Part shown: piece by piece, positions 29,485 to 40,567 of the stretch | Layout: each line of letters begins with the position of its first letter | Position numbering within the stretch: position 1 is the first letter of the stretch | Position numbers and translations under genes: made by a program | Notes under the pieces: model-generated | Seen by the model: the letters and a program-made list of their open reading frames with translations, nothing else | The model's database searches: none | What the model was told of the DNA's origin: nothing | NCBI GenBank assembly: GCA_963677895.2 | Contig: CAXXGJ010000018.1 | Span: 128,001 to 192,000, forward strand | Reading direction: 5' to 3' | DNA length: 64,000 nt | Source of the DNA: Treponemataceae bacterium | GTDB taxonomy: Bacteria > Spirochaetota > Spirochaetia > Treponematales > Rectinemataceae

Positions 29485-30744
29485 ATGAAACGAGTCATTC
29501 GGTTCAGCCGATTTTTCGTGCCTTCCTATATCCTTTCGGGGATTCTGATTTTGGCCGGCATCATCGGCTACTTCACGATGGGTTTCAATCTGGGCGTCGA
29601 CTTTCAGGCCGGCGTGAACCAGACCGTCCAGCTCGCGTATCCGGTGGCGAATATCAGCTATGCCGGCAAGGGTAACGCCGAGCTTCGCGTTTCGGAGAAG
29701 GAGCTCACGCTCGTGTTCTCCGGTGCCGAAGTGGATCAGAAAACCGTTCTTTTCGATTACGCGACCTATCCGACGGTTGGCGACCTGGCGAAAGCCCTGT
29801 CCGCGGAACAGTCCGTGCAAGTCGCTGTCGAATCGGGTCAGGAAGCCGCGGCTTCGAGCCTGCTCGTGCCGACCTATCAGGGCAATACGCTCATAAGCGA
29901 AAAGCCCATGACCCTCCACAGGGCCCCCTCCAACGACACGGAGCTTTTCGCTTCGATCGATGACGTGAGGGACTCCGTGAAGGGCTTCGGCCAGATTTCG
30001 GTGCAGACGATGAAACCGGCTTCCATACAGCGCTATATGATCCGCGTCGAAGACAACGGCACCGATCCCAATTTCACCACCACCGCGCGCAACGCGATCA
30101 TCTCGGGCCTGGACGCCAAATTCGGAGCGAACAAGGTAGTCGAGCTGAAAACGGACTTCGTCGGCGCCAGGTTTTCGCAGAACCTTTCCAAGACGTCTTT
30201 GCTGCTCGTCATCGCGACGCTCGCGCTCATCCTCCTGTACTCGACCATCCGTTTCAGGATCGATTATGCCCTGGGCGCCGTTCTGGCAATCGCGCACGAC
30301 GCGCTCATAATGATCGGATTCATCGTCTGGACGAGAATGGAGTTCAATTCGACGACGATAGCGGCCATCCTCACCATCCTGGGATACTCCATCAACGACA
30401 CGATCGTTCAGTTCGATCGTGTGCGCGAGGAAAGAAAGCTCAGACCGAACGACAAGTTCGTCGACGTCATCGATTCGGCGTTGACGGTGACCCTCGGAAG
30501 AACGATCATCACGACCGCCTCCACCATGTTGACGGTTTTGGCTCTCTTCTTCTTCACGACCGGGAGCATGAAGGATTTCGCGCTCGCTTTGCTCGTGGGC
30601 ATGGTTTCCGGAACCTACTCAACGCTCTATATCGCCAGCGGTTTCGTCGACTGGTGGAACAAGCGCGGCTTTAAAAACGGCAAGGGAAAGAAAGCGGAAA
30701 AAACCGTTACGCCCTCGAATGCCGCGACCGAAAACCAGGCTTGA
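29485..30744 (+). CDS. secF: Protein translocase subunit SecF
   Basis: GVDFQAG, AIAHD, GYSINDTIVQFDRVRE, GTYS. Confidence 0.96.
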   Translation: MKRVIRFSRFFVPSYILSGILILAGIIGYFTMGFNLGVDFQAGVNQTVQLAYPVANISYAGKGNAELRVSEKELTLVFSGAEVDQKTVLFDYATYPTVGDLAKALSAEQSVQVAVESGQEAAASSLLVPTYQGNTLISEKPMTLHRAPSNDTELFASIDDVRDSVKGFGQISVQTMKPASIQRYMIRVEDNGTDPNFTTTARNAIISGLDAKFGANKVVELKTDFVGARFSQNLSKTSLLLVIATLALILLYSTIRFRIDYALGAVLAIAHDALIMIGFIVWTRMEFNSTTIAAILTILGYSINDTIVQFDRVREERKLRPNDKFVDVIDSALTVTLGRTIITTASTMLTVLALFFFTTGSMKDFALALLVGMVSGTYSTLYIASGFVDWWNKRGFKNGKGKKAEKTVTPSNAATENQA

Positions 30745-30768
30745 AATAATCTCCTTGCTTGATGAAGC

Positions 30769-30813
30769 GTGCCGGGAAGTGAAGCTGGGGCTTCTTTTCC
30801 GGCACTTCTTTTA
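30769..30813 (+). terminator. Rho-independent terminator of secDF
   Basis: GTGCCGGGAAG...TTTTCCGGCAC stem followed by TTCTTTT. Confidence 0.65.
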
Positions 30814-30866
30814 TTAGGCGGCACTTTACATAAAAGGGGCGGATAGGTTATATTTGCACCCGCATC

Positions 30867-30938
30867 GGCGCCGTACCCAAGTGGTAAGGGGGAGGTCTGC
30901 AAAACCTTTATGCATCGGTTCAATTCCGATCGGCGCCT
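30867..30938 (+). tRNA. tRNA-Cys (GCA), CCA not encoded
   Basis: Cloverleaf: GGCGCCG/CGGCGCC acceptor, GAGGT-CTGCAAA-ACCTT anticodon arm, ATCGG-TTCAATT-CCGAT T arm. Confidence 0.96.
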
Positions 30939-30949
30939 CAATTGTCATC

Positions 30950-30984
30950 GGCCATCGGCGCGGAAGCTCCGATGGCCTTTTTTT
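30950..30984 (+). terminator. Terminator after tRNA-Cys
   Basis: GGCCATCGG...CCGATGGCC followed by a T-run. Confidence 0.8.
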
Positions 30985-31049
30985 ACGTTATGCGCCTGAA
31001 CTTGTTTATTGACGCCGGGAAATCTTCATTCTAGAGTAGAGGCTCGTTA

Positions 31050-32870
31050 GTGAGGCAATATAGCGTGAGCGGGCATAAGGTAGAAGGTAGCGGAAAAGGC
31101 TGGGCCGCGCGGAGGGCTTTGCCGCTGCCGCTTTTATTCGCGGCCATCGTAATAGTCTCTTTCCTGGTCTTTTCCGGCAATATCGGCAAAAAGGAGAGAA
31201 TCCTGTGCGGCGCGGTGGCCTTTCACGCGTCGGAGGAAATGACCGCCCTGCTCAACGGGTTTCTGGATGAAGGCGCCGTCCTGAAAGACGCGCTCGAAAA
31301 GAAAGCTTCGATGGGGAAGAGCGAGCTGGAAGCGATCGCTTCTTCGATCCTGAATTCGCGTCCCTTTATCATCGGCGTCAGCATCGCCCCTTCCGCGGTC
31401 GTCAAGTATCACTTTCCCGAACAAGGCAATGAATCGCTCATCGGCCACGACCTTCTCTCCAATCCGGACAGGAGGGATGCCCTTACGCGCTCCGTAGAGC
31501 TCAAAGCTCCCGTCCTGTCCGGACCCTTCGAATCTGTGGAAGGCGGCAACGTGTTTTTCCTTCGCTACCCCGTCTTTTCCGGCGGACGACTCTGGGGGTT
31601 CACGAGCATCACGGCGGATTTCGGCGCGATGGTAGAATCGCTTGGCTTGGAGAAGCATTATCCAGGCTTCGCGTTCGCCTTTTCAGACAAGAGCGGAGAT
31701 TCGATCCCGAACTCATCCGCGGAAACCAATGACGGTTCGGGAGCGGCGGAAAGGTTCCTGGCGGGAAGGAAAGGCGCCTTCAACGGCGGCATGTCCAGCG
31801 CTATATCATTGCCGGGAGCCGACTGGCGAATTCATGTCATGCCCTTGGCCGGCTGGACCGTCGTCGACCCTTTCCTGTACGTCATCCTTCTTGCCGGATT
31901 GACGGGCGCCGCGCTGCTTTTCATCATATTCTACCTGAATGCGTTGAAGGCAGGCGCGCCAGCGGCCTTACGCGCGTCAGCCGCGCCTGATGACCAGAAG
32001 CGTCGCCCAAGAGGCAGGGAGGAGCATCCTTCGGCTTTTGAAGTCGCGGCGCGCGAAGCCAGGGAGATGGAAGTCAGGGAGATGGAGGCCAGGACCATCG
32101 AGATCCCCGCCACGTCGGGCCCGCGGGATATCCCTGAAAAAACGGCCCAGCGAGCGATTCCCGCGGGAAAGACGATCACGACCATCACAATACCGAAGAG
32201 AAACGGCCAGGAAGTAAAGTTCCTGGGGCCCGATGTAAAAGGCCAGCTCTATATGCCCGACGTTCTCATCACGGAAGAGCCTTCCTTGTTCCTTGCCCAG
32301 AAGGACGAAAAGCGGCCGAACGAAATTCGGTCGAACGAAAAACAACAGCCTGATGACGAGCAGCCGCCGCAGAAACCGATCGCCCAGCCTCTGCCGGAAG
32401 AAAAACCGCGGCTCGAGATACCGACAATCCAAAGAGCGCCGAGAAAGGAAAAGGCTCCGGAGCAGCGCCGTCAGGAATTTCTCTTTTCATTGGAGGAGGA
32501 GCCGGTCAGAAAGGAAATGGCCATCCTCGTCGTGGACGACAGCGAGGCGAATCGCGACATCATGGGCAGGATGCTTTCGCTCCGCGGATACGCGGCGGAT
32601 TTCGCGGCTTCGGGGGAGGATGCCCTTCCGCTCTGCGACGCCAGGAACTATGACATCATTTTCATGGACTGCTTCATGCCGGGCATGGATGGCTATAAAA
32701 CGAGCGGCCTGCTGCGGGAGAAGCATCCGGGCATGAAAGCCAGGATAGTCGGAATGAGCGCGAGGATCGGGGACCAGGAACTCGAGCGCTGCCGGCTTTC
32801 CGGAATGGACGCGCTGCTCGCCAAACCTTTTACGCTCAGGGATCTGCTCGCTCATATGGAAAAGAGCTGA
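31050..32870 (+). CDS. Membrane CHASE-domain sensor with a C-terminal receiver domain and no kinase core
   Basis: TM-CHASE (GNESLIGHDLL, LSGPFESVEGG, WGFTS)-TM, low-complexity linker, REC (ILVVDD, FMDCFMPGMDG, KPFT); start codon uncertain. Confidence 0.8.
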   Translation: MRQYSVSGHKVEGSGKGWAARRALPLPLLFAAIVIVSFLVFSGNIGKKERILCGAVAFHASEEMTALLNGFLDEGAVLKDALEKKASMGKSELEAIASSILNSRPFIIGVSIAPSAVVKYHFPEQGNESLIGHDLLSNPDRRDALTRSVELKAPVLSGPFESVEGGNVFFLRYPVFSGGRLWGFTSITADFGAMVESLGLEKHYPGFAFAFSDKSGDSIPNSSAETNDGSGAAERFLAGRKGAFNGGMSSAISLPGADWRIHVMPLAGWTVVDPFLYVILLAGLTGAALLFIIFYLNALKAGAPAALRASAAPDDQKRRPRGREEHPSAFEVAAREAREMEVREMEARTIEIPATSGPRDIPEKTAQRAIPAGKTITTITIPKRNGQEVKFLGPDVKGQLYMPDVLITEEPSLFLAQKDEKRPNEIRSNEKQQPDDEQPPQKPIAQPLPEEKPRLEIPTIQRAPRKEKAPEQRRQEFLFSLEEEPVRKEMAILVVDDSEANRDIMGRMLSLRGYAADFAASGEDALPLCDARNYDIIFMDCFMPGMDGYKTSGLLREKHPGMKARIVGMSARIGDQELERCRLSGMDALLAKPFTLRDLLAHMEKS

Positions 32871-32910
32871 GGGACTTTTCCCCGAAGTCAAAAATGTTTA
32901 TCCTAGAATG

Positions 32911-33546
32911 ATGTCAGTTACCTCGATCATCAGAAAACCATTCCGCTATTCATATTTCAACGCGACGCTCTATATCATCGCGGCGAACATCCTGTTTTTC
33001 GCGGCGAGCTATATATTTCCCACGCTCAAGGCATACATGGCGCTGAATCCGATCGCCGTCCTCTCAGGCTATCTCTGGCAGCCCGTAACCTATATGTTCG
33101 CCCATGCCGATCTCACTCATCTTTTCGTCAACATGCTCGGGCTTTTTTTCTTTGGGACGCAGGTGGAACGAAGCATGGGCAGCAAGGAATTCCTATTATT
33201 CTATTTTTTGACCGGCACGCTGGCGGGGCTGGCGTCTTTCGGCATCTATGTCGCGACGGGGGCTTGGTACACGAGCCTTCTTGGCGCTTCCGGCGCCTTG
33301 TTCGCCGTGCTGCTCGCGTTCGCCATCGTCAATCCGGAAGCGCAGATTTACCTCTACGGACTCATCCCGATTCGGGCGCCTATAATGGTTATCGGCTATG
33401 CCGGCATAGAAGTGGCGTCCCAGCTTTTCAGCTTCAGGAGTTCAGTGGCCCATCTCACTCATCTCGCGGGATTTCTGTGGGCTTGGCTCTATTTTCTGGC
33501 CCGTTTCGGCATAAACCCGGCCAAACGCCTGTTCAGGCGCCGATAG
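32911..33546 (+). CDS. Rhomboid family intramembrane serine protease
   Basis: WQPVTYMFAH, HLFVNM, GASG, AHLTHLAG. Confidence 0.93.
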   Translation: MSVTSIIRKPFRYSYFNATLYIIAANILFFAASYIFPTLKAYMALNPIAVLSGYLWQPVTYMFAHADLTHLFVNMLGLFFFGTQVERSMGSKEFLLFYFLTGTLAGLASFGIYVATGAWYTSLLGASGALFAVLLAFAIVNPEAQIYLYGLIPIRAPIMVIGYAGIEVASQLFSFRSSVAHLTHLAGFLWAWLYFLARFGINPAKRLFRRR

Positions 33547-33553
33547 GCGAGCT

Positions 33554-34441
33554 TCACTTGAGGCGTTTTTTCTCGGCGGCCACATGCATGATTTCGAGAT
33601 CTTCCATTAGATGATCCACTAATTCCTGTTTCTTGTCATCCCTGAAATGGTGTTCATTCTTAACGTGGGCCATGAGATCTTCGCTTTTCTGGACGGCTCC
33701 CACCGTATAGACGACCTTGTCCGTATGGAGCATGTCGTCTTCCATTTCTCCGGAGGGATTTATCCTCAGAATATTCCCGTTGACCGCGACAAGGCAAAAA
33801 TTCTCGAATCCCTTGATGTACGAGGCGATTTCCCTCACGCCGCGCTTCGAACTCTGGTCCCATGGGCGATATCTGGTGCCCGCGGGGAATACGAGCACGA
33901 GTTTGCCTCGGACTTTTTCCACGTTGAGGGCTTTTACCGCCGCGCGGTTTATCGAAACGCTTCGCATGATTTCCCGGTACAGCTTGTTAGGATCCTTGAA
34001 ATGATTCTTGAGGATCTCTATGGAACGGCTGGGATAGATGACGATGCGGGTATAGGCCTGCGCGAAAGCGTTCACGACCGGATTGGATTCGCTGAGCTTT
34101 ATGCCCGCTATCGAAACGAGGGCTTTCGCCATGGTTTGGCCGGGGTCTCCCGATTTTCGAAGAATGAAGTGAAAGGCGGGCAAGTCGAAATTGGAGTAAT
34201 GCTCCAGAAGAAGAAGGCAGGATTCGCCTCTTTTGGCTCTTTCAAAGAGCTGCTCGAGGTTCGCAAAACCTTCGATGCCCGAACCGGGGAGAAGATGGTC
34301 TTCCAGTATCTGGTCTATGAAGGGGAGCAGTTCCGTACTGCCTTCCTGGTACACGTCTTTATCGGAAACCTGCTTCTGCTCGCTTATTTTGGTCATCATG
34401 CGAGTCAGGAGAGGCAAATATCGGTCTCGGATCGAATCCAT
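33554..34441 (-). CDS. Glycerol-3-phosphate / 1-acyl-G3P acyltransferase
   Basis: HYSNFD (HX4D) and FPAGTR motifs; promoter TTGACA-N17-TATAGT and SD GGAG. Confidence 0.85.
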   Translation of the reverse strand: MDSIRDRYLPLLTRMMTKISEQKQVSDKDVYQEGSTELLPFIDQILEDHLLPGSGIEGFANLEQLFERAKRGESCLLLLEHYSNFDLPAFHFILRKSGDPGQTMAKALVSIAGIKLSESNPVVNAFAQAYTRIVIYPSRSIEILKNHFKDPNKLYREIMRSVSINRAAVKALNVEKVRGKLVLVFPAGTRYRPWDQSSKRGVREIASYIKGFENFCLVAVNGNILRINPSGEMEDDMLHTDKVVYTVGAVQKSEDLMAHVKNEHHFRDDKKQELVDHLMEDLEIMHVAAEKKRLK

Positions 34442-34662
34442 CACATCTCCACTCAATACCGGCTAAACACTAACTATATGTATGAAAACCGCCATTGTCA
34501 ATTTGGGGCACAGTATTGAAAAGTTTGAATATTGGAATGTTGGGTTTCCTCAACCTTTATCAACAAGCTTCGACGCGTAGACTCTGGTTTGAGGCTTGAA
34601 CCTAACCTATAGTTGAATCTGGCGGTACACAAAGGCTTTCGCGTCATGCTTGGAGAAAATAA

Positions 34663-36564
34663 ATGAAAGAACATCTGAAAGATGCGCTTCGCATTTCAGG
34701 CATCTACGCCTTGGTGGGTTCGATTTGGATTCTGCTTTCCGATGAACTGTTGCTTGTATTCGCTAAAAACCAAGAGACCATGAAAAATATCGCGATGTTT
34801 AAAGGCTGGGCTTACGTCTTCCTGACGTCTTTTCTGTTGTTCATGCTTCTCAAGAGAAAACTTGCCATGCTCAATGTCGCCAGAGACAAAGCGATTGAAT
34901 CCGGCGAAAGGGTTACCGAGCAGATGCATTCGCTTTCCTCCCTTTTCGATACGGCACAGATGCTCGCGGAAAAAACCGATATCAAGGCTCGCGCGGATAA
35001 TGTCGTCCAAGTCTGCGTTGATCGTTTGGGCGTCACGTTCGCCTGGATTGGAAAAGCGGGAAAGGACGGCGGAGTCGAGCTTCTGGGCCAGTGTCCCGCC
35101 GACAGTCGATATGCCAGCTTTATATCGCTGTGCTGGGACAATACCCTGGAAGGCGGAAGTCTTGCCGACATGGCCATTAAAAAAAGTTCACCGATCATCC
35201 TCAGCAATCTTCTACGAGATCCATCCTTTGGGGACTGGCATGATCAGATCCATGGACTGGGTTTTGAGTCAGTCGCGGTGCTGCCGCTTGTCGCCAAGGG
35301 CAATATTTTCGGTGTCCTTGTCCTCTGCAGTGAAAAGCCCTCATTCTTCCAGGAAGACCGCGTGCGTCTTTTTAACGCCCTCGCGAATCTGGCTGCCACC
35401 AATCTTGAGAACGCTCGTCTCCTCGAGGAAACCCAGCGCAGGCTCGAGCATATCCAGGTGTTGCACCGCATAGATTTGGCAATCAGCGGAAGCGGGAAAG
35501 AGAAGGGAGTCTTCGATGTCGCGCTCGACGCGATAATAAGCCAGTTGAAAGTCGACGCCGTGGCCATTCTCGGCTATAACGCCACCGAGCGCCGCCTTGA
35601 ATTCGCCGCGGGCAGAGGTTTCCCGCCTGGCGTCATCGAGTCGATGACCGGCGAGGATGTGGACATCCTGCCCAGGACTGCCATCAGGGAGGAGAGGATT
35701 GTGCATATTCCTTATCTTGCCGGACTGGAGCGCAGCGATAGATTGAATGTCTTCATCAAGGAAGGGTTCGTCGCCTACTACGCCATTCCCTTGTCGGCGA
35801 AGGGGCGAGTGCTGGGCGTCCTTGAGTTGTACAGCAGGACTTCCTTCAATGATGACGAGGAATGGAAAGAATTCCTCGAAACGCTGGCTGTCCAGACAAC
35901 CTTGGCTTTTGACAATCTGGAGATGCTGAGAACTCTGGAAAAATCGAACGCCGAGCTAATTCAAGCCTATGACGCCACGATCGAGGCGCTCTCTTTCGCC
36001 CTCGATCTGAAGGACAGCGAAACGAAATGGCACAGCAAAAGGGTTTCCGACCTGACGATGCTCATGGCTAACTCCCTGGGGCTGGAAGGTGAACGCCTGG
36101 TTCAAATTCGAAGGGGCGCGCTGCTCCATGACATCGGGAAGATGGGTATCCCCGATAGCGTACTGCTCAAGCCTGGCGCCCTCGACGACGACGAGATGGC
36201 GATAATGAGGAAGCATCCCGTCTATGCCTATCAGATGCTTTCGCGTATAGACTATCTGCGGCCTTCTCTCGACATTCCCTACGCTCACCACGAAAAATGG
36301 GACGGATCCGGTTATCCTCGCGGCCTAAAGGGCGCCGAGATTCCCCTGGCCGCGCGCATATTCGCCATAGTCGACGTATACGACGCGTTGACGAGCAATA
36401 GGCCATATCGGAAAGCGTGGACGAAGGAGAGAGCCTTGGCGGAGATATCATCTTTGAGCGGCGAACACTTCGACCCAGAGATAGTGAAAGCTTTCTTCGC
36501 TCTCCAAGTGGCGAACCCCCAGGCCTTCGATCTTTACGGGAACGATAGCGCATCCATCGATTGA
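34663..36564 (+). CDS. Membrane-anchored GAF-GAF-HD-GYP cyclic di-GMP phosphodiesterase
   Basis: Two N-terminal TMs, two GAF domains, LLHDIGK, HHEKWDGSGYP, DALTSNRPY. Confidence 0.92.
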   Translation: MKEHLKDALRISGIYALVGSIWILLSDELLLVFAKNQETMKNIAMFKGWAYVFLTSFLLFMLLKRKLAMLNVARDKAIESGERVTEQMHSLSSLFDTAQMLAEKTDIKARADNVVQVCVDRLGVTFAWIGKAGKDGGVELLGQCPADSRYASFISLCWDNTLEGGSLADMAIKKSSPIILSNLLRDPSFGDWHDQIHGLGFESVAVLPLVAKGNIFGVLVLCSEKPSFFQEDRVRLFNALANLAATNLENARLLEETQRRLEHIQVLHRIDLAISGSGKEKGVFDVALDAIISQLKVDAVAILGYNATERRLEFAAGRGFPPGVIESMTGEDVDILPRTAIREERIVHIPYLAGLERSDRLNVFIKEGFVAYYAIPLSAKGRVLGVLELYSRTSFNDDEEWKEFLETLAVQTTLAFDNLEMLRTLEKSNAELIQAYDATIEALSFALDLKDSETKWHSKRVSDLTMLMANSLGLEGERLVQIRRGALLHDIGKMGIPDSVLLKPGALDDDEMAIMRKHPVYAYQMLSRIDYLRPSLDIPYAHHEKWDGSGYPRGLKGAEIPLAARIFAIVDVYDALTSNRPYRKAWTKERALAEISSLSGEHFDPEIVKAFFALQVANPQAFDLYGNDSASID

Positions 36565-36597
36565 AGCCGAAAAAGCTTGTGGCACGATCGGAAAACG

Positions 36598-36636
36598 AAA
36601 AAGGAGCGAAAGTCGTCTGACTTCCGCTCCTTTTTC
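36598..36636. terminator. Bidirectional terminator between HD-GYP and asd
   Basis: AAAAGGAGCGAAAGTC-GTCT-GACTTCCGCTCCTTTTT. Confidence 0.75.
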
Positions 36637-36666
36637 CTTAATATCATGTGGCGACTTTTACCTTCT

Positions 36667-37689
<1,023 letters not shown>

Positions 37690-37718
37690 GATAGTATTTC
37701 TCCTTTCTTCTATGTGTT

Positions 37719-38933
37719 TTATCGAAGCGCGTTGAGGGCGGTGGCCAGTTTGGCGACGCCGCGCTCGCACTCGGCTGTGGAGCAGGAATAAGCGATTCGC
37801 AGATACCCTTCGCCGGCGTCGCCGAAGACGCTTCCGGCTACCGTGGCGATTCCGTAGTCGTTGATGAGATAGTCCGCCATCTCGGCCGAGCTTTTGCCGA
37901 AGGACTTGATGTTGGGGAAAAGGTAGAAGGCGCCGAGCGGTTCCACGACGCTCACGCCCTGGATGGCGCGCAGCCCCTTGAGCATGATGGCGCGGCGTTT
38001 CGCGAATTCCCCGACCATTTCGTCGACACAGGTCTGATCGGCGGTGAGCGCGAGCGCGGCTCCGTGCTGTATGAAGGTGTTCACGCAGACGGTGGTATAC
38101 TGCCGCACTTTCAGGATGGCGCGGGTGAGGGGCTCAGAAGCCACCGTCCAGCCCAGCCTCCATCCGTCCATGGAGTAGGTCTTGGAGAAGCCGTTGATGA
38201 TGATAGTCCGCTCGGCCATGCCGGGAATCGAATAGATGCTCGGCGCGACTGAACCTTCGCCGTAATAGATGCGCGAGTAAATTTCGTCGGAAAGGACGAG
38301 GAGGTTGTGGTTGATCGCGATCTTCGCGAGCGCGAGGAGGCTTTCCTTGCTTTGGATGCAGCCGGTGGGATTGCCCGGCGAGGTGATGCAGAGCATTTTC
38401 GTTTTGCTCGTGATCTTGCTTTCCACTTCGGCGGGATCCATAGCGAATCCATTGGCCTCGGTGGCCGTGACTTCCACGGGAACTCCCCCGGCGAGGGAGA
38501 CGCAGGACTTGTAGTGATGCCAGTTGGGATTGGCGATGATGACTTCGTCGCCGGGATTGATGAAGGCGAGCATGGAAACGAGGATGCCTTCGTTCGCGCC
38601 GGCCATGACGATGGCCTGTTTTTCGCCGTCCACGGGTACCCCGTTGTCGAGGGCGGTGCGGGCGCCTATGGCGCGTCGCAGGGAGGGTATGCCGAGATTC
38701 GGCGCGTAGTGCACTTCGCCGCGCTGGAGGGCGTCGGCGGCCGCCTGCTTGATGTGGGCCGGCGTGTCGAAATCGGGACGTCCTATCTGCCAGTGGATCA
38801 CGTCACGGCCTGCCGCTTCGAGTTCCTTGACCTTGTCGAACACCTTTCTGATGCCGGAGAAGGGTACGATCTTGAGCCTGTCGGACATCATGTCCTCAGG
38901 GTTGAATATTGTAGTGCCGACGCTGGATGCCAT
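37719..38933 (-). CDS. Class I/II PLP-dependent aminotransferase (aspartate aminotransferase-like)
   Basis: GRPDF, PGNPTG, SDEIY, GFSKTYSMDGWRLG; SD AAGGAGG. Confidence 0.92.
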   Translation of the reverse strand: MASSVGTTIFNPEDMMSDRLKIVPFSGIRKVFDKVKELEAAGRDVIHWQIGRPDFDTPAHIKQAAADALQRGEVHYAPNLGIPSLRRAIGARTALDNGVPVDGEKQAIVMAGANEGILVSMLAFINPGDEVIIANPNWHHYKSCVSLAGGVPVEVTATEANGFAMDPAEVESKITSKTKMLCITSPGNPTGCIQSKESLLALAKIAINHNLLVLSDEIYSRIYYGEGSVAPSIYSIPGMAERTIIINGFSKTYSMDGWRLGWTVASEPLTRAILKVRQYTTVCVNTFIQHGAALALTADQTCVDEMVGEFAKRRAIMLKGLRAIQGVSVVEPLGAFYLFPNIKSFGKSSAEMADYLINDYGIATVAGSVFGDAGEGYLRIAYSCSTAECERGVAKLATALNALR

Positions 38934-38944
38934 GGAGATCCTCC

Positions 38945-40567
38945 TTATTTATGCTTGCGAAGAATGAGTTTTTCGTATTCCGACGGATCGATATGCGCCT
39001 CGACGATGACCGGCCCTTCGGCGGCGAAGGCTTTGTCCAGCGCCGCCTTGTACTGGGCGGCGTCGTCGGCGCGGATGACGGGAACGCCGAACACGTAGTT
39101 CGAGGTCGGGCATTCGTCTTCGTAGAGCACCGTCGAATTGGCGGGGAAGCCTTTGTGGCTTTGCTTTAACCTAATGAGTTCGAGGTTCTGATCGGCGAGG
39201 ACGATGAATACTATGGAAAGTTTTCGCCTTCGCGCGACGGCCATCTCTCCGGCCATCATGAGGAAGCTGCCGTCGCCCGTGACGCAGGCGACCTTCTTGT
39301 CGGGGCGGCAGAGTTTGGCGGCGATGGCAGCGGGGACGCTGAAGCCCATCGAGGAGCAGCCGTTCGTCATGAGCTGGAGGCCGGGCGCCGGAGTGCGCCA
39401 CATCTGTCCGATAAGGTGGGTGTGGGCGCCTACGTCGCAGGCCATGATGCCGTCCTGCGGCAGGGTTTCCCTCAGTATGGCCAGGGCCGCTCGCGGGCCG
39501 AAACTGCCGGGAGGCGGAGTCAGGTCTTCGAACATCTTCCGCCGGCGTTCGGCGAGGGCTTTTTTATCCCAGGCCGAATCGAGGGCGGGGAGAGCGACGA
39601 GGCGGCTCAACGAGGCCGGAATATTGCCGACGATATCGTGGACTTCGCGATAGACGCTTCGGTCGATGTCGGCTTCCACGGTGTCCAGATGGAGGAGTGG
39701 GACCGCGGGCATCCAGTCCTCGAAATTGAATTCCACGGGATCGTAGCCGACGGCCACGACGAGATCGGCGTCGCGGTGGGTTTCCGCGACCCTGTCGCTG
39801 AGGGCGTGGAAGAGGACTCCTGCATACCAGGGATGGTCTTCCGAAATGATGCCTTTGGCCATGGGAGTGAGGATGACAGGAATGCCGTGTTTCTCCGCCA
39901 GCTGTATGATGAGGCTTCCTGCCTTGCTTCGGACGGCCGACAAACCGACCGCCAGGACGGGGCGGCGCGATCGGGCGAAAACCTCTTCCATCGACGAGAG
40001 CGTGGCTTCGTCGGCGGTCTGGGGTTGGGCGGGCGCCGTCAATGCCCTTGTTCCCAGGTTTTGGGAAATGGCTTTGCGGGAACCCAAATCCTCCGGCAAA
40101 CCGATATGCACCGGTCCGGGGACTTCGCTCGTGGCGATCCTGAGCGCCTGGTCGACAATCTGATCGACTCTCTCGGCGGTGAGTCTGGTGGTCCACTTCG
40201 TGAGCGGGCGGAAGAGCGCCTGCTGGTCGATGGCCATCTGAACCGTGCGTCCGATCATCTTTTCGGGCGGTTCGCTCGAAAGCGCGATCATGGGCGATCG
40301 ATCCAGCAGCGCGTTGACGACCCCCGTGCTGAGATTGGTGGCGCCCGGTCCGACGGTGCCGTAACAGACCGCCGGAACACCGGTGAGTCTCGCGCAGACA
40401 TCGGCCATGAATCCGCCCGAGGCTTCATTGCTGACAAGCACGAAGTCCAGGCCTTCTTTTCTCATCGCTTCCATATAATAGAGCCATGAGCCGCTTGGCA
40501 CCCCGAATACGAAGCGGATGCCTTTCTCACGGAAACGCTTGACCAACTGTTCGGCAACTGTCCCCAT
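38945..40567 (-). CDS. Thiamine-pyrophosphate-dependent enzyme (acetolactate synthase-like fold)
   Basis: FVFGVPSG, NEASGGFMA, GPGATN, DVGAH, GDGSF TPP motif. Confidence 0.9.
   Translation of the reverse strand: MGTVAEQLVKRFREKGIRFVFGVPSGSWLYYMEAMRKEGLDFVLVSNEASGGFMADVCARLTGVPAVCYGTVGPGATNLSTGVVNALLDRSPMIALSSEPPEKMIGRTVQMAIDQQALFRPLTKWTTRLTAERVDQIVDQALRIATSEVPGPVHIGLPEDLGSRKAISQNLGTRALTAPAQPQTADEATLSSMEEVFARSRRPVLAVGLSAVRSKAGSLIIQLAEKHGIPVILTPMAKGIISEDHPWYAGVLFHALSDRVAETHRDADLVVAVGYDPVEFNFEDWMPAVPLLHLDTVEADIDRSVYREVHDIVGNIPASLSRLVALPALDSAWDKKALAERRRKMFEDLTPPPGSFGPRAALAILRETLPQDGIMACDVGAHTHLIGQMWRTPAPGLQLMTNGCSSMGFSVPAAIAAKLCRPDKKVACVTGDGSFLMMAGEMAVARRRKLSIVFIVLADQNLELIRLKQSHKGFPANSTVLYEDECPTSNYVFGVPVIRADDAAQYKAALDKAFAAEGPVIVEAHIDPSEYEKLILRKHK

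Noticed and set aside
30627..30941. 104-aa minus-strand ORF
   Set aside because: It is antisense to tRNA-Cys and the secF 3' end.
34520..34660. Possible c-di-GMP riboswitch upstream of the HD-GYP gene
   Set aside because: No GEMM-I consensus (GGCAAACC...GACGCAAAG) or GEMM-II features were found.
36580..36596. TGGCACG resembling a sigma54 -24 box
   Set aside because: There is no TTGC -12 element at the right spacing, and it lies between convergent genes.
38945..40567. Calling the TPP enzyme ilvB, the partner of ilvN
   Set aside because: It lacks typical IlvB motifs (RHEQ, VGQHQM, GTMG, LGMVRQWQ) and sits in a transporter/GntR catabolic context.
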